DNA of 64,000 nt. It comes from Calditrichales bacterium. Lineage in GTDB: Bacteria > Calditrichota > Calditrichia > Calditrichales > J004. Positions 38,204-46,532 of the stretch are shown here, piece by piece. Numbering within the stretch: position 1 is the stretch's first letter; the number at the start of each line of letters is the position of its first letter. The DNA lies in the NCBI GenBank assembly GCA_965267575.1, contig OZ254086.1:2496001-2560000 (forward strand), read 5' to 3'. The position numbers and the translations under genes are program-made. The notes under the pieces are model-generated. The model was given only the letters and a program-made list of their open reading frames with translations, was not told the origin of the DNA and searched no databases.

Positions 38204-40015
38204 TTATATCAGCCAGATAAAAATGAGCACGCCCAGAACGATGTAAAGCAGGTAGAGCTGCAGTTGTCCCGGATGGGCGCGACGAAAAACGCGGGAGAGC
38301 GCAAACGTTGAATTGCCGCCCAGGTCGTAGACGTCGAACTTGCGCTTGTCGGCGGCATCAAAAAAGGCTTTCAGCGGAAACATCCTGCGTACTTCGTTAT
38401 AAAAAGCCGTGCCGCTGACGCGGAATTGCTCTTCCGCTTCCTTACCCCCGATGTAGATGTCATCAAAACGCACCTTGCGCACGATGTAATAGACGGCGAT
38501 ACCCAGCCCAAAAGCCAGCAGCAGCATCAGCGTCACCAGGGACGGATCATATAGACCGATAAACCCCACAGCCGTCCAGTTGTAGCTGTTGAGCACGCTT
38601 TCCAGGAACAGGTTAATCGGTATCTGCACGGCGAAGATGCCAAAGACAATACATAGCAGCGAGAGTCCGCCCAAAGCCAGCAACTGGTTAAAAGGCGCTT
38701 CGCCGATTGTCTTAAACTTTGCGCGCACGCGTCCCAGGAAAATGGCGTGCAGAAACTTGAGGAAGCTGGCCAGGGTGAGCGCGCTGCCGAACAGGGCCAG
38801 GATAATGCAGACCAGCAGCCAGATCTGGAAGCCGCCGGACATGGCCGCGGTTTTCTCCAGCAGCCCCTGGTAGATCATCCATTTGGAGAAGAAGCCGTTA
38901 AAAGGCGGAATGCCGGAAATGGATAACGCGCCAACCAGCGCCGCGATAAAGGTTAGCGGCATAAATTTGGCCATGCCGCCCAGCTCATCCAGGTCGTTGC
39001 TGCCGGTTTTTTTCTCCACCGCGCCCAGGCTGAGAAAGAGATTGGTTTTGTAGATGATATGGTTCACCATGTGAAAAAGACCACCGGCAAAAGCCAGCGG
39101 ATTGAGGCTGGCCACACCCATGATCATGTAGCCCACCTGGCTAACCGCGTGGTAGCCCAGCAGGCGCCGACCGTTATGCTGGTTCATGGCCATCATTACA
39201 GCCGTGATTACGGTAAGCGCGCCGAGCGTAATAACGATCATCTGCGCCGTAACAGTTACGCTGAACAGCGAGATCATCACGCGGGCCAGAAGGTAGATAC
39301 CCAGAAGCTTATCCAGCGAGGCCGGCAGAAAAGCGGCGCTCTCCACCGGGGCCTCCTTGCTGAAATCCGGTACCCAGGTGTGGAAGGGGAAACCTCCGGC
39401 TTTGGTAAAGGCGGCAATCAGCAAAAAGATAAAAGCCGTGATGGCATAGCCGCCGTCCAGCGTGATGTTTGTCGCTGCCAGCGACCAGTCTGCCGCCGGC
39501 TGCAGCACCCACATTATGGCCAGCCCCATAATCAGAAAGGCGTCGCTGCCACCCACGAGGATAAATGTTTTCTTGGCCATTTGCGGCGTCTCACTGCTGC
39601 GGCCCAGCAGAGCAAACAGGTAAAGTGCCAGCCCGGCCAGGCCCCACATTATCAGAAAGACGATCATATGGTCGCTGAGCACCGTGGCGTTGCACACGGC
39701 CACCGTCAGTGGGAAAAGAATCATAAACTGTTTTTCCACCGCGGCGCTTACACCTTTCAGCGCGAAAATAAAAATCAGCAGGCTGATAAGCTGGATGAAC
39801 AGCAGGGTAAACAAGGCCAGGGCATCCATTTTAAAAAGCAGGTAGCCGAATGCCTCCAGTGTTTGCGGCGCGGCCCCATAAAGCGGGACCATCAGCAGCA
39901 TGCCGCCAAGCAGACCGGCCAGCGTAAGGATTTTGCGAAGCAGCAGAGGCAGGAATGTGTTCAGTATGCCAATGCCCAATGGCAGGACGATCAGCCAAAT
40001 CAGGATATTATCCAT
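38204..40015 (-). CDS. Second antiporter-like membrane subunit (NuoL/HyfB-like)
   Basis: PFHTWVP, RRLLGYHAVSQVG, GIPPFNGFFSKW, HPGQLQLY. Confidence 0.88.
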   Translation of the reverse strand: MDNILIWLIVLPLGIGILNTFLPLLLRKILTLAGLLGGMLLMVPLYGAAPQTLEAFGYLLFKMDALALFTLLFIQLISLLIFIFALKGVSAAVEKQFMILFPLTVAVCNATVLSDHMIVFLIMWGLAGLALYLFALLGRSSETPQMAKKTFILVGGSDAFLIMGLAIMWVLQPAADWSLAATNITLDGGYAITAFIFLLIAAFTKAGGFPFHTWVPDFSKEAPVESAAFLPASLDKLLGIYLLARVMISLFSVTVTAQMIVITLGALTVITAVMMAMNQHNGRRLLGYHAVSQVGYMIMGVASLNPLAFAGGLFHMVNHIIYKTNLFLSLGAVEKKTGSNDLDELGGMAKFMPLTFIAALVGALSISGIPPFNGFFSKWMIYQGLLEKTAAMSGGFQIWLLVCIILALFGSALTLASFLKFLHAIFLGRVRAKFKTIGEAPFNQLLALGGLSLLCIVFGIFAVQIPINLFLESVLNSYNWTAVGFIGLYDPSLVTLMLLLAFGLGIAVYYIVRKVRFDDIYIGGKEAEEQFRVSGTAFYNEVRRMFPLKAFFDAADKRKFDVYDLGGNSTFALSRVFRRAHPGQLQLYLLYIVLGVLIFIWLI

Positions 40016-41192
40016 GCATCTGCCTCCGGATTAGTTTTGTTTTTTCCCTGGAAAGCTCCAGCAGGCTTAAGCCAAGCGGATCGCGCCGCCCGTCCACCAC
40101 GCGGATGGAGCGTTCCGTGCAGCAGTAGCAGGGGTCAACCGCGGCCAGCGTGATCAGCGCGTCGGCAATCGGGATGCCCTTGCAGGACGCGCTGAAGGTG
40201 GGAATGTTTACATAGCTGGGCGCGCGCACTTTATGGCGTTGCGGCCGGTTAGTGCCATCGGAGCGGATGTAGTGGAAGACCTCACCGCGCGGTGCCTCGT
40301 AACGGCCAATCCCCTCACCAATGCTTATTTCACGCACATTGTTAAGGATGGGACCTTTGACCGTTTCCAGCTTGCTCAGACATTGCCGGATGATCTTTGC
40401 CGACTCCAGTGTTTCCAGCACCCGCAGCACCAGTTTGTCATAAACATCGCCGTTTTGCATAACGATCTCCTCGAAGTCAACCCAGCCGTAGGCATCATTT
40501 GGCTCATCCTTGCGCACGTCGATAGCAACACCGGAAGCGCGCGCCGTGGGACCAACCGCGCAATAGGCGATCGCGTCTTTTTTGCTCAGCACGCCAACGC
40601 CTTTTAAGCGCGTGTGCAGTACAGGATCGTCGTTAGCCGCGGAGGCGATCATGGCCAGTTTGCCCTCCAACTCGTCGAGGGTTTTGTGCAGCTCTTTAAT
40701 CCGCTCCGTGTCCACGTCTTTTGCAACACCGCCGACGCGCAGCATGCCATAATGGTTGCGGTTGCCGGAGATGATCTCAAACATATCCAGGATCGGCTCG
40801 CGGTATTTCCAGGCCCACATCCACAGCGTGTCATAACCGATAAAGTGCCCGGCCAGACCAATCCACAGCAGGTGGCTGTGCACCCGTTCCAGTTCGCCGA
40901 TCAGCGTGCGGATATAGGCGGCGCGTTCCGGGATCTCAATATTGTCCACATCTTCCACGGCATGCACACAGGCCAAAGGGTGCGACGTGGAGCAAATGCC
41001 GCAGATGCGCTCTACCAGGTAGATCGATTGCGTAAAGGTTTTGCGTTCCGAGATCAGTTCGTGCCCGCGGTGCATCCAGCCAATATCCAGGTCGATATCG
41101 GTTACGGTCTCGCCGTCCACCGTCAACGTAAAATATTCCGCCTCTTCCAGGAGAGGGTGATAGGGCCCCAAAGGGACAACGTTTGAGCTCAT
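40008..41192 (-). CDS. Group 4 [NiFe]-hydrogenase large subunit
   Basis: L1 ERICGICSTSH and L2 DPCYCCTER with C-terminal extension; GPYHP, EAPRGE. Confidence 0.92.
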   Translation of the reverse strand: MSSNVVPLGPYHPLLEEAEYFTLTVDGETVTDIDLDIGWMHRGHELISERKTFTQSIYLVERICGICSTSHPLACVHAVEDVDNIEIPERAAYIRTLIGELERVHSHLLWIGLAGHFIGYDTLWMWAWKYREPILDMFEIISGNRNHYGMLRVGGVAKDVDTERIKELHKTLDELEGKLAMIASAANDDPVLHTRLKGVGVLSKKDAIAYCAVGPTARASGVAIDVRKDEPNDAYGWVDFEEIVMQNGDVYDKLVLRVLETLESAKIIRQCLSKLETVKGPILNNVREISIGEGIGRYEAPRGEVFHYIRSDGTNRPQRHKVRAPSYVNIPTFSASCKGIPIADALITLAAVDPCYCCTERSIRVVDGRRDPLGLSLLELSREKTKLIRRQMHG

Positions 41193-41671
41193 TTTTCTTC
41201 TCCTGCTTTTGGCCGGCCATTCTCGCTTTGAGTGGCTTTTTTCCGTACGATACGGAATGGCTGCCCCAAACCTTCACCATGTGGGTGATCCTTGGTTAAT
41301 AATGGCTCGGGCCTTGGGTGTCCTTCAAAGATAATTCCCCAATATTCCGCCATCTCGCGTTCAATCCACTCGGCGCCCGTAACGATCGGCGTTATCGAAG
41401 GCATGCGCGGATCGCTCTTGTCGGTCATCAGGATACGCGGGCAGAAGTATTGGCCGGAGGCATCATGGGAAAAATGGTAGATCACCTCGATGCCCCTGTA
41501 TACTTCCTGCGCCGTGGCCGTGGAGAGTCGGCAGCCCATTTCATTGAACAGGTAGTCCGCCACGCTGCTTATATCCGCCGCTTTTACATCAAACCAGGCG
41601 CGGCGCGGTTTAAGCGTGATTGCATTAATGCGGCCGGACATCTCTTTGAAAAAGCGGTCTCTGTCAGGCAT
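41189..41671 (-). CDS. NuoC/MbhK-like subunit
   Basis: SITPIVTGAEWIERE..GIIFEGHP. Confidence 0.88.
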   Translation of the reverse strand: MPDRDRFFKEMSGRINAITLKPRRAWFDVKAADISSVADYLFNEMGCRLSTATAQEVYRGIEVIYHFSHDASGQYFCPRILMTDKSDPRMPSITPIVTGAEWIEREMAEYWGIIFEGHPRPEPLLTKDHPHGEGLGQPFRIVRKKATQSENGRPKAGEEK

Positions 41672-42083
41672 TGAGCACCCCCATCAGTTTGGCGATTCCC
41701 TCAATCATAGCTTCCGGTTTGGGTGGGCAGCCGGGGATGTACATATCCACTGGTATCGTGTTGTGACCGTTGTGGGTAACGTTGTGGCTTTGCTTAAAGC
41801 AGCAGCCGCTTGCCGGGCACGTGCCCACGCCTACCACGAACAAAGGCCGCGGCGCCTGCTCATAAATCTTTCGTACTGCCGGGGCAACTTTGTCATTAAT
41901 AACGCCGGAAACCAGCAGCACATCGGCGTGGCGCACAGAGCCGACGAGCTTTATGCCAAATCTTTCAAGATCGTATCGGGGCGTCAGCAAATCGAGAATC
42001 TCGATATCGCAGTTATTGCAGGGCGAAGCGCTCACATGAAATACCCAGATCGATTTTGCCAGACGCTTGTTGTACCAGCCCAT
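41664..42083 (-). CDS. Group 4 hydrogenase small subunit (NuoB/MbhJ-like)
   Basis: CNNCDIE, RHADVLLVSG, GTC, IPGCPP. Confidence 0.92.
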   Translation of the reverse strand: MGWYNKRLAKSIWVFHVSASPCNNCDIEILDLLTPRYDLERFGIKLVGSVRHADVLLVSGVINDKVAPAVRKIYEQAPRPLFVVGVGTCPASGCCFKQSHNVTHNGHNTIPVDMYIPGCPPKPEAMIEGIAKLMGVLNA

Positions 42084-42084
42084 A

Positions 42085-43014
42085 TCAGACTCCTAAAACG
42101 GCTAAAACCAGCGCAATAAAGGCAATGGGCGCGGCATACTTCCAGAAGAAATGCAGCGCCGTATCAATGCGGATGCGCGGGTTGGTGTTTTTGATTATGA
42201 TCATGATGACGACGATAAGCAGGTATTTCAGAATAGCCCAGAGAATACCCCAGCCCTCAAGATTGAAACCGCCCAGGAACAGCAGCACCAGCAGGAAAGG
42301 CAGCACCACATACATGATCAGCTGGTTCAGTTTCCAGAAGGCCAGCGGCGGGCCGCTGTACTCCATCAATGGACCTTCCACGATTTCCGTTTCGGCCTCG
42401 GGGATGTGAAACGGCGGCAGTGTCATTTTGGCCTGGATGCAGATGAGGCCGGTTACAAAGGCGATAAGCCCGGAAAGCGATCCGGCGAAAGCACCTGTGC
42501 TTTGCTGGGCCGCCAGGATGCCGGTAAGCTGGATGCTGTAATCCGCTTTAACGATTGCCACCAGGCAGACCACGATAAAGGCCAGTTCATCGGCAATGAG
42601 CAGTTTGATCTCCCGGCCGGCGCCAATGCTGGAGTAAATGTTGCCGGTTGCCGCGCCGCCTAAAACCACCATCACCGAATAGATCATTAACAGGTAGAGC
42701 ACAACGATGAGATCGCCGCCAAAGCCGCGGCCGAAAAAGAGCGCCATGCCTACCAGCGCAGAGAGAAAAACGAGCATGGCAAACGAAACAAACGGTGCCA
42801 TGATAAACAGCGACTGCACGCTGTCTTTGACGATCACCGTTTCCTTGCCCAGCAGCTTGAAGAAATCGTTAAAGCTCTGAAAAAATGGAGGACCGACACG
42901 AAACTGGAAGCGCGCCGACACTTTGCGATCCACCCATCCTACAATCATGCCAAGCACGCCTGTGAACAGCAGGCCGGGAAAAACAAACAGGTAGAACAGG
43001 AAATCCAGACTCAT
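42085..43014 (-). CDS. NuoH/MbhM-like membrane anchor subunit
   Basis: DRKVSARFQFRVGP, KLLGKE, PFHIPEAETEIVEG..EYSG. Confidence 0.9.
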   Translation of the reverse strand: MSLDFLFYLFVFPGLLFTGVLGMIVGWVDRKVSARFQFRVGPPFFQSFNDFFKLLGKETVIVKDSVQSLFIMAPFVSFAMLVFLSALVGMALFFGRGFGGDLIVVLYLLMIYSVMVVLGGAATGNIYSSIGAGREIKLLIADELAFIVVCLVAIVKADYSIQLTGILAAQQSTGAFAGSLSGLIAFVTGLICIQAKMTLPPFHIPEAETEIVEGPLMEYSGPPLAFWKLNQLIMYVVLPFLLVLLFLGGFNLEGWGILWAILKYLLIVVIMIIIKNTNPRIRIDTALHFFWKYAAPIAFIALVLAVLGV

Positions 43015-43520
43015 CTGCGGCCCTCCTTTTGTCTCCAACTGTGATTCTTTACGGCCAGGTGCTCCCCGTAAAAGTAGATGTGATTTTTGGGGTCTTCTTC
43101 CGGAATCTCTTTCAGTGTTATGCTCTCATTGGGAGAGGTTGATACGCAGGCCGGAACATAATCCGGGTTGGCCGCCCGTTGCTGCAGGCAGAAATCGCAT
43201 TTTGAGGAGACATAGTTCAGCACTTCCGGAAAGATTGTTCCAAAGGGGCAGGCCAGTACGCAGCTTTTACAGCCCACGCAGCGCATATTGTAGCGCTTCA
43301 GTGTGCCGTCTTCCTTTTGCTCAAGAGCATCCATGGGGCAGGCGCTTACACAAAAAGCGTCCGGGCAATGGCGGCAGTAGGCGGCAAATTCAGCCACTTC
43401 CAGCAGCGAAAAGACACCCCTGTTGTCACGGTGAAACATATATTCACATTCTATCCGATCCGCCTCAACGCCGGATTCAAGCAGGGCCGGGATATCCACA
43501 AAAAGACGTTTCAGGCCCAT
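43011..43520 (-). CDS. HycB/CooF-like polyferredoxin
   Basis: CRHCPDAFCVSACP, CVGCKSCVLACP, CDFC..PAC. Confidence 0.85.
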   Translation of the reverse strand: MGLKRLFVDIPALLESGVEADRIECEYMFHRDNRGVFSLLEVAEFAAYCRHCPDAFCVSACPMDALEQKEDGTLKRYNMRCVGCKSCVLACPFGTIFPEVLNYVSSKCDFCLQQRAANPDYVPACVSTSPNESITLKEIPEEDPKNHIYFYGEHLAVKNHSWRQKEGRR

Positions 43521-44332
43521 ATCGCCTCCTCGTTTTTAATGTGCGCGTAGGGAAACACCGGACCGTCCTTGCAGGCGAAATAGCCACCCATAACACAATG
43601 CCTGCACTGACCAAACCCGCAGTACATTTTCTTTTCCATCGACAGGTAAATGTTCTCTTCGGCGTAGCCGGCTTCCAGCAGGTACTGCGTTCCGAACTTC
43701 ATCATCACCGGCGGCCCGCACACGATGGCCGGGTTGTCCGCCGGCGCAAAGTCCACCATGGTTAAAAGCTGCGTAACAAGTCCCACGTGTTCATACCATA
43801 TCTCTCCGGGCGGCACTATATCCACGGCGCGCAATATTTTTACGTGATCGTATTTACGCCACAGCTCCACTTCTTCTTTATACAGGCAGTCCTTGGGGGT
43901 TTTGGCACCCAGCAAAAACCAGATGGATTTGTACTTGTAAACATCGTGAAGCAGGGTGAGAAAGAGCGAGCGCAGCGGAGCCAGACCGCAGCCGCCGCCA
44001 AGGATAAGCAGGTCTTTGCCCTGGAAACTTTCCAGCGGGTAGTAAGAGCCGTACGGTCCGCGGATACCCAGACGATCACCGGCCCTGGCTTGATGAATGT
44101 GGCCGGTCACAAAACCGGCTTTCATAATGGTCACGTCAATTTCATCGGCAACAAAATGGGAAGACGATGGCGTGAAGGGTCCTTCGCCGACGCCCGGCAC
44201 GGTTAGTTCAATAAACTGGCCTGTTTTGAAAGGCAGGGGGCGCTCCGGGTGAAGCCGCAGCGTTTTTATCAGCGGCGTTTCCTCCCGGATCTCGTTAATG
44301 ACGGCCGGAATCACTTCATATGGGTTTTGCAT
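43511..44332 (-). CDS. FAD/NAD(P)-binding subunit, AsrB / sulfhydrogenase-gamma (PyrK-like)
   Basis: GQF, RGPYG, GGGCGLAPLRS, CGPPVMM, CGFGQCRHC..CKDGPVF. Confidence 0.9.
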   Translation of the reverse strand: MQNPYEVIPAVINEIREETPLIKTLRLHPERPLPFKTGQFIELTVPGVGEGPFTPSSSHFVADEIDVTIMKAGFVTGHIHQARAGDRLGIRGPYGSYYPLESFQGKDLLILGGGCGLAPLRSLFLTLLHDVYKYKSIWFLLGAKTPKDCLYKEEVELWRKYDHVKILRAVDIVPPGEIWYEHVGLVTQLLTMVDFAPADNPAIVCGPPVMMKFGTQYLLEAGYAEENIYLSMEKKMYCGFGQCRHCVMGGYFACKDGPVFPYAHIKNEEAIWA

Positions 44333-44333
44333 A

Positions 44334-45380
44334 TCAGACCTCCCCGCTTTTCTGGAGTTGCCTTTGCTGCGGGCCGTTTTGCAGCACGTCGCGCATCACC
44401 GCCCTGTAATCGATGCCGGCGGGACAGGCGTCTATGCAGCGTCCGCAGCCCACACAACCTTGCGTACCCATGTTCCGGGGTAAAAAGCAATATTTGCAAA
44501 AATAGCGGTTTTTAAAGCGCTCACTCATGCCGTCCCTGGGGCTGGCGCCACCGGCTACACGCGCGTAACCGTAAAGCTGACAGGAATCGTGGCTGCGTAC
44601 TTTAACAAATGTATGATCCGTGCTCTCATCATTGAGGATCAGGCAATAGCAGGTGGGGCAGATGTTTGTGCAGGCCCCGCAACCGACGCATGAGGCCGAT
44701 TTGTTTTTCCAGACGGACGGTTCGGCATGCTTCAAGCCGGCCGGCTCTTCGGAATAGGCATAAGGCTGATTACGATTGGCCAGTTGTCCGAGCATTTCTT
44801 CGCGCTGTATCTTTATCTTTTCATAATATGAAGCATCATCTTTCTCGACAGGGTAATGGCTCTCAACGAAGCGCAAAAGCTGTTCACCCTGCTTGCTCGC
44901 GCTCGTTAGCAGGCAGTGATCATCCAGCCAGGAGATGTTCATATCAAAAGCGGATTCCGCCCATGGCTTGCCGTCAACAAGCGTACAATGGCAGGATTCA
45001 AGAGAGTCCGTACAATCAGCCGTAATGATAGCTGTATTTTCGCGCCAGTGTTTATAGGAAGGATCGTAGAAATCTTCATTTATAAGCGCGGCATCCAGGA
45101 TATCCAGGGCCCTTAGATCGCAGGCTTTCACGCCGGCAATAATGCGCTTTCTGTTTTTGTACGATTTATTAAGTACCCGTTCCCGCGCCAGGTAAAAAAG
45201 CGTTTTGACAGGATCGATGGCGCGATATCCCGCCAAGTCGAAATCGGTCTCTTCAGTAAGCCGTTTCCAAATGTAATCGCCGTTGCTCCTTACCGGCACG
45301 ATCACCTCATCAAAGAAACCGATACCGTGTCCGGCACAGCGTTTAAGAAAAGCATACAGATCTGACACCCTGACAAGCAC
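44334..45380 (-). CDS. AsrA / sulfhydrogenase-beta-like Fe-S subunit
   Basis: GVKACD, CVGCGACTNICPTCYC, DSC, GCVGCGRCIDACP; GTG start after AAGGAGG. Confidence 0.88.
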   Translation of the reverse strand: MLVRVSDLYAFLKRCAGHGIGFFDEVIVPVRSNGDYIWKRLTEETDFDLAGYRAIDPVKTLFYLARERVLNKSYKNRKRIIAGVKACDLRALDILDAALINEDFYDPSYKHWRENTAIITADCTDSLESCHCTLVDGKPWAESAFDMNISWLDDHCLLTSASKQGEQLLRFVESHYPVEKDDASYYEKIKIQREEMLGQLANRNQPYAYSEEPAGLKHAEPSVWKNKSASCVGCGACTNICPTCYCLILNDESTDHTFVKVRSHDSCQLYGYARVAGGASPRDGMSERFKNRYFCKYCFLPRNMGTQGCVGCGRCIDACPAGIDYRAVMRDVLQNGPQQRQLQKSGEV

Positions 45381-45602
45381 CGCGCCCTCCTTTTCTGTAT
45401 ACAAAAAGATTAATTGCGGGGAGACTCCGGTTATTTGTTATCTACAGCCTTGTAGAATACGGGGAATATCCTGGACGTTTTTGTGCCTGTTCGCTAAGAA
45501 CGCAGTATTCTGGTTGAATATGATATACGGATAAGGTCTTCAGGCTGTATCAGGGTGCGGGAGAGATTTCTGCAAGCTGTTTGCGCTGACATAATAGGCA
45601 CC

Positions 45603-45630
45603 ATTTTAAGCGAAAAAGGCATTACGTCAA
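45603..45630 (-). promoter_or_regulatory. Sigma70-type promoter of hydrogenase operon
   Basis: Minus strand TTGACG-16 nt-TAAAAT. Confidence 0.6.
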
Positions 45631-45635
45631 GATAC

Positions 45636-45696
45636 TTGTGAAAAATATAACAAAAGAAATCAAAAGGATGCAAGGCCTTAATGAAATTTTTCACAA
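45636..45696. promoter_or_regulatory. Two Rex/CRP-like 18-bp boxes
   Basis: TTGTGAAAAATATAACAA (45636-45653) and TAATGAAATTTTTCACAA (45679-45696), each 2 mismatches from TTGTGAA-N4-TTCACAA. Confidence 0.6.
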
Positions 45697-45796
45697 ATAA
45701 TATTTATATTAAACTTCCTTGCTGTTTTAACGCGATAAAAATTGATTTTAAAAATACCCTTTCGTAACCTTATTTTGACTTTTAGTATGAGGTGTT

Positions 45797-46489
45797 ATGA
45801 AAGTACTTTCCCGGTCTACGGTAATTATATTATGTGTAGTCATCCTCGCTCCTGCGGTTTTCTCGCGACCAGCCGTTGCAGGCAATCCTGAAACAGCCGC
45901 TTTATTGAAATATGCGGTTATAGGAATTCTTGCTTATGGATTTTATAAGGTTGTGCGCTATGAAATCTTTGACGCGGCACCAGGGAGAAATTATTCGGAA
46001 GCAGATTCGTCCATCCTGGCCTACAACTATATCTTCTCTTCTGATAACCGCCGGGCATTCAAGAAAATAGAGGACCGGACTCAAAGGATCGCCTTTGTTG
46101 ATTCTTTTTGGGAGGAATATGACCTGGGGCCTTACCAATCGCCCGAGCCGCTGCGCCGCGAATTTGAGGGGCGGATTGCAAAAGCCAACAAAGAGTTTTC
46201 CAACCCGTTTATGCGCGGTTGGCGGACGGACCAGGGTCGCATCACCATTATTTACGGTCCGCCCGAGGAGGTATTGCTGGTTGAATTACCCGCGCTTACT
46301 GTTATTAACAATCAGCAGCTTTTCGACGGAAAGATAGAGATTTGGTATTATGATCGTCAAAGGGGTCAAAAGGAACTACCCGGTATTTTGCGGCAACACG
46401 ATGACGGCCGTATGTTTTTTGTTTTTGCCGACCAATCGGGCAACGGTATCATCCGCCAGGTTTTTTCCACGGAATTGTATGAATTTTAA
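45797..46489 (+). CDS. GWxTD domain-containing protein
   Basis: FWEE, RIAKANKEF, GWRTDQGRITIIYGPP, EIWYY. Confidence 0.85.
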   Translation: MKVLSRSTVIILCVVILAPAVFSRPAVAGNPETAALLKYAVIGILAYGFYKVVRYEIFDAAPGRNYSEADSSILAYNYIFSSDNRRAFKKIEDRTQRIAFVDSFWEEYDLGPYQSPEPLRREFEGRIAKANKEFSNPFMRGWRTDQGRITIIYGPPEEVLLVELPALTVINNQQLFDGKIEIWYYDRQRGQKELPGILRQHDDGRMFFVFADQSGNGIIRQVFSTELYEF

Positions 46490-46532
46490 ATACACGCCGG
46501 TGGGAAGATGACGATTTAGATATTTAGCCGCT

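Noticed and set aside
40008..41192. Mbx/Mbs-type non-hydrogenase or complex I NuoD
   Set aside because: Both CxxC Ni-binding motifs, a cleavable C-terminal tail and a maturation protease gene are present
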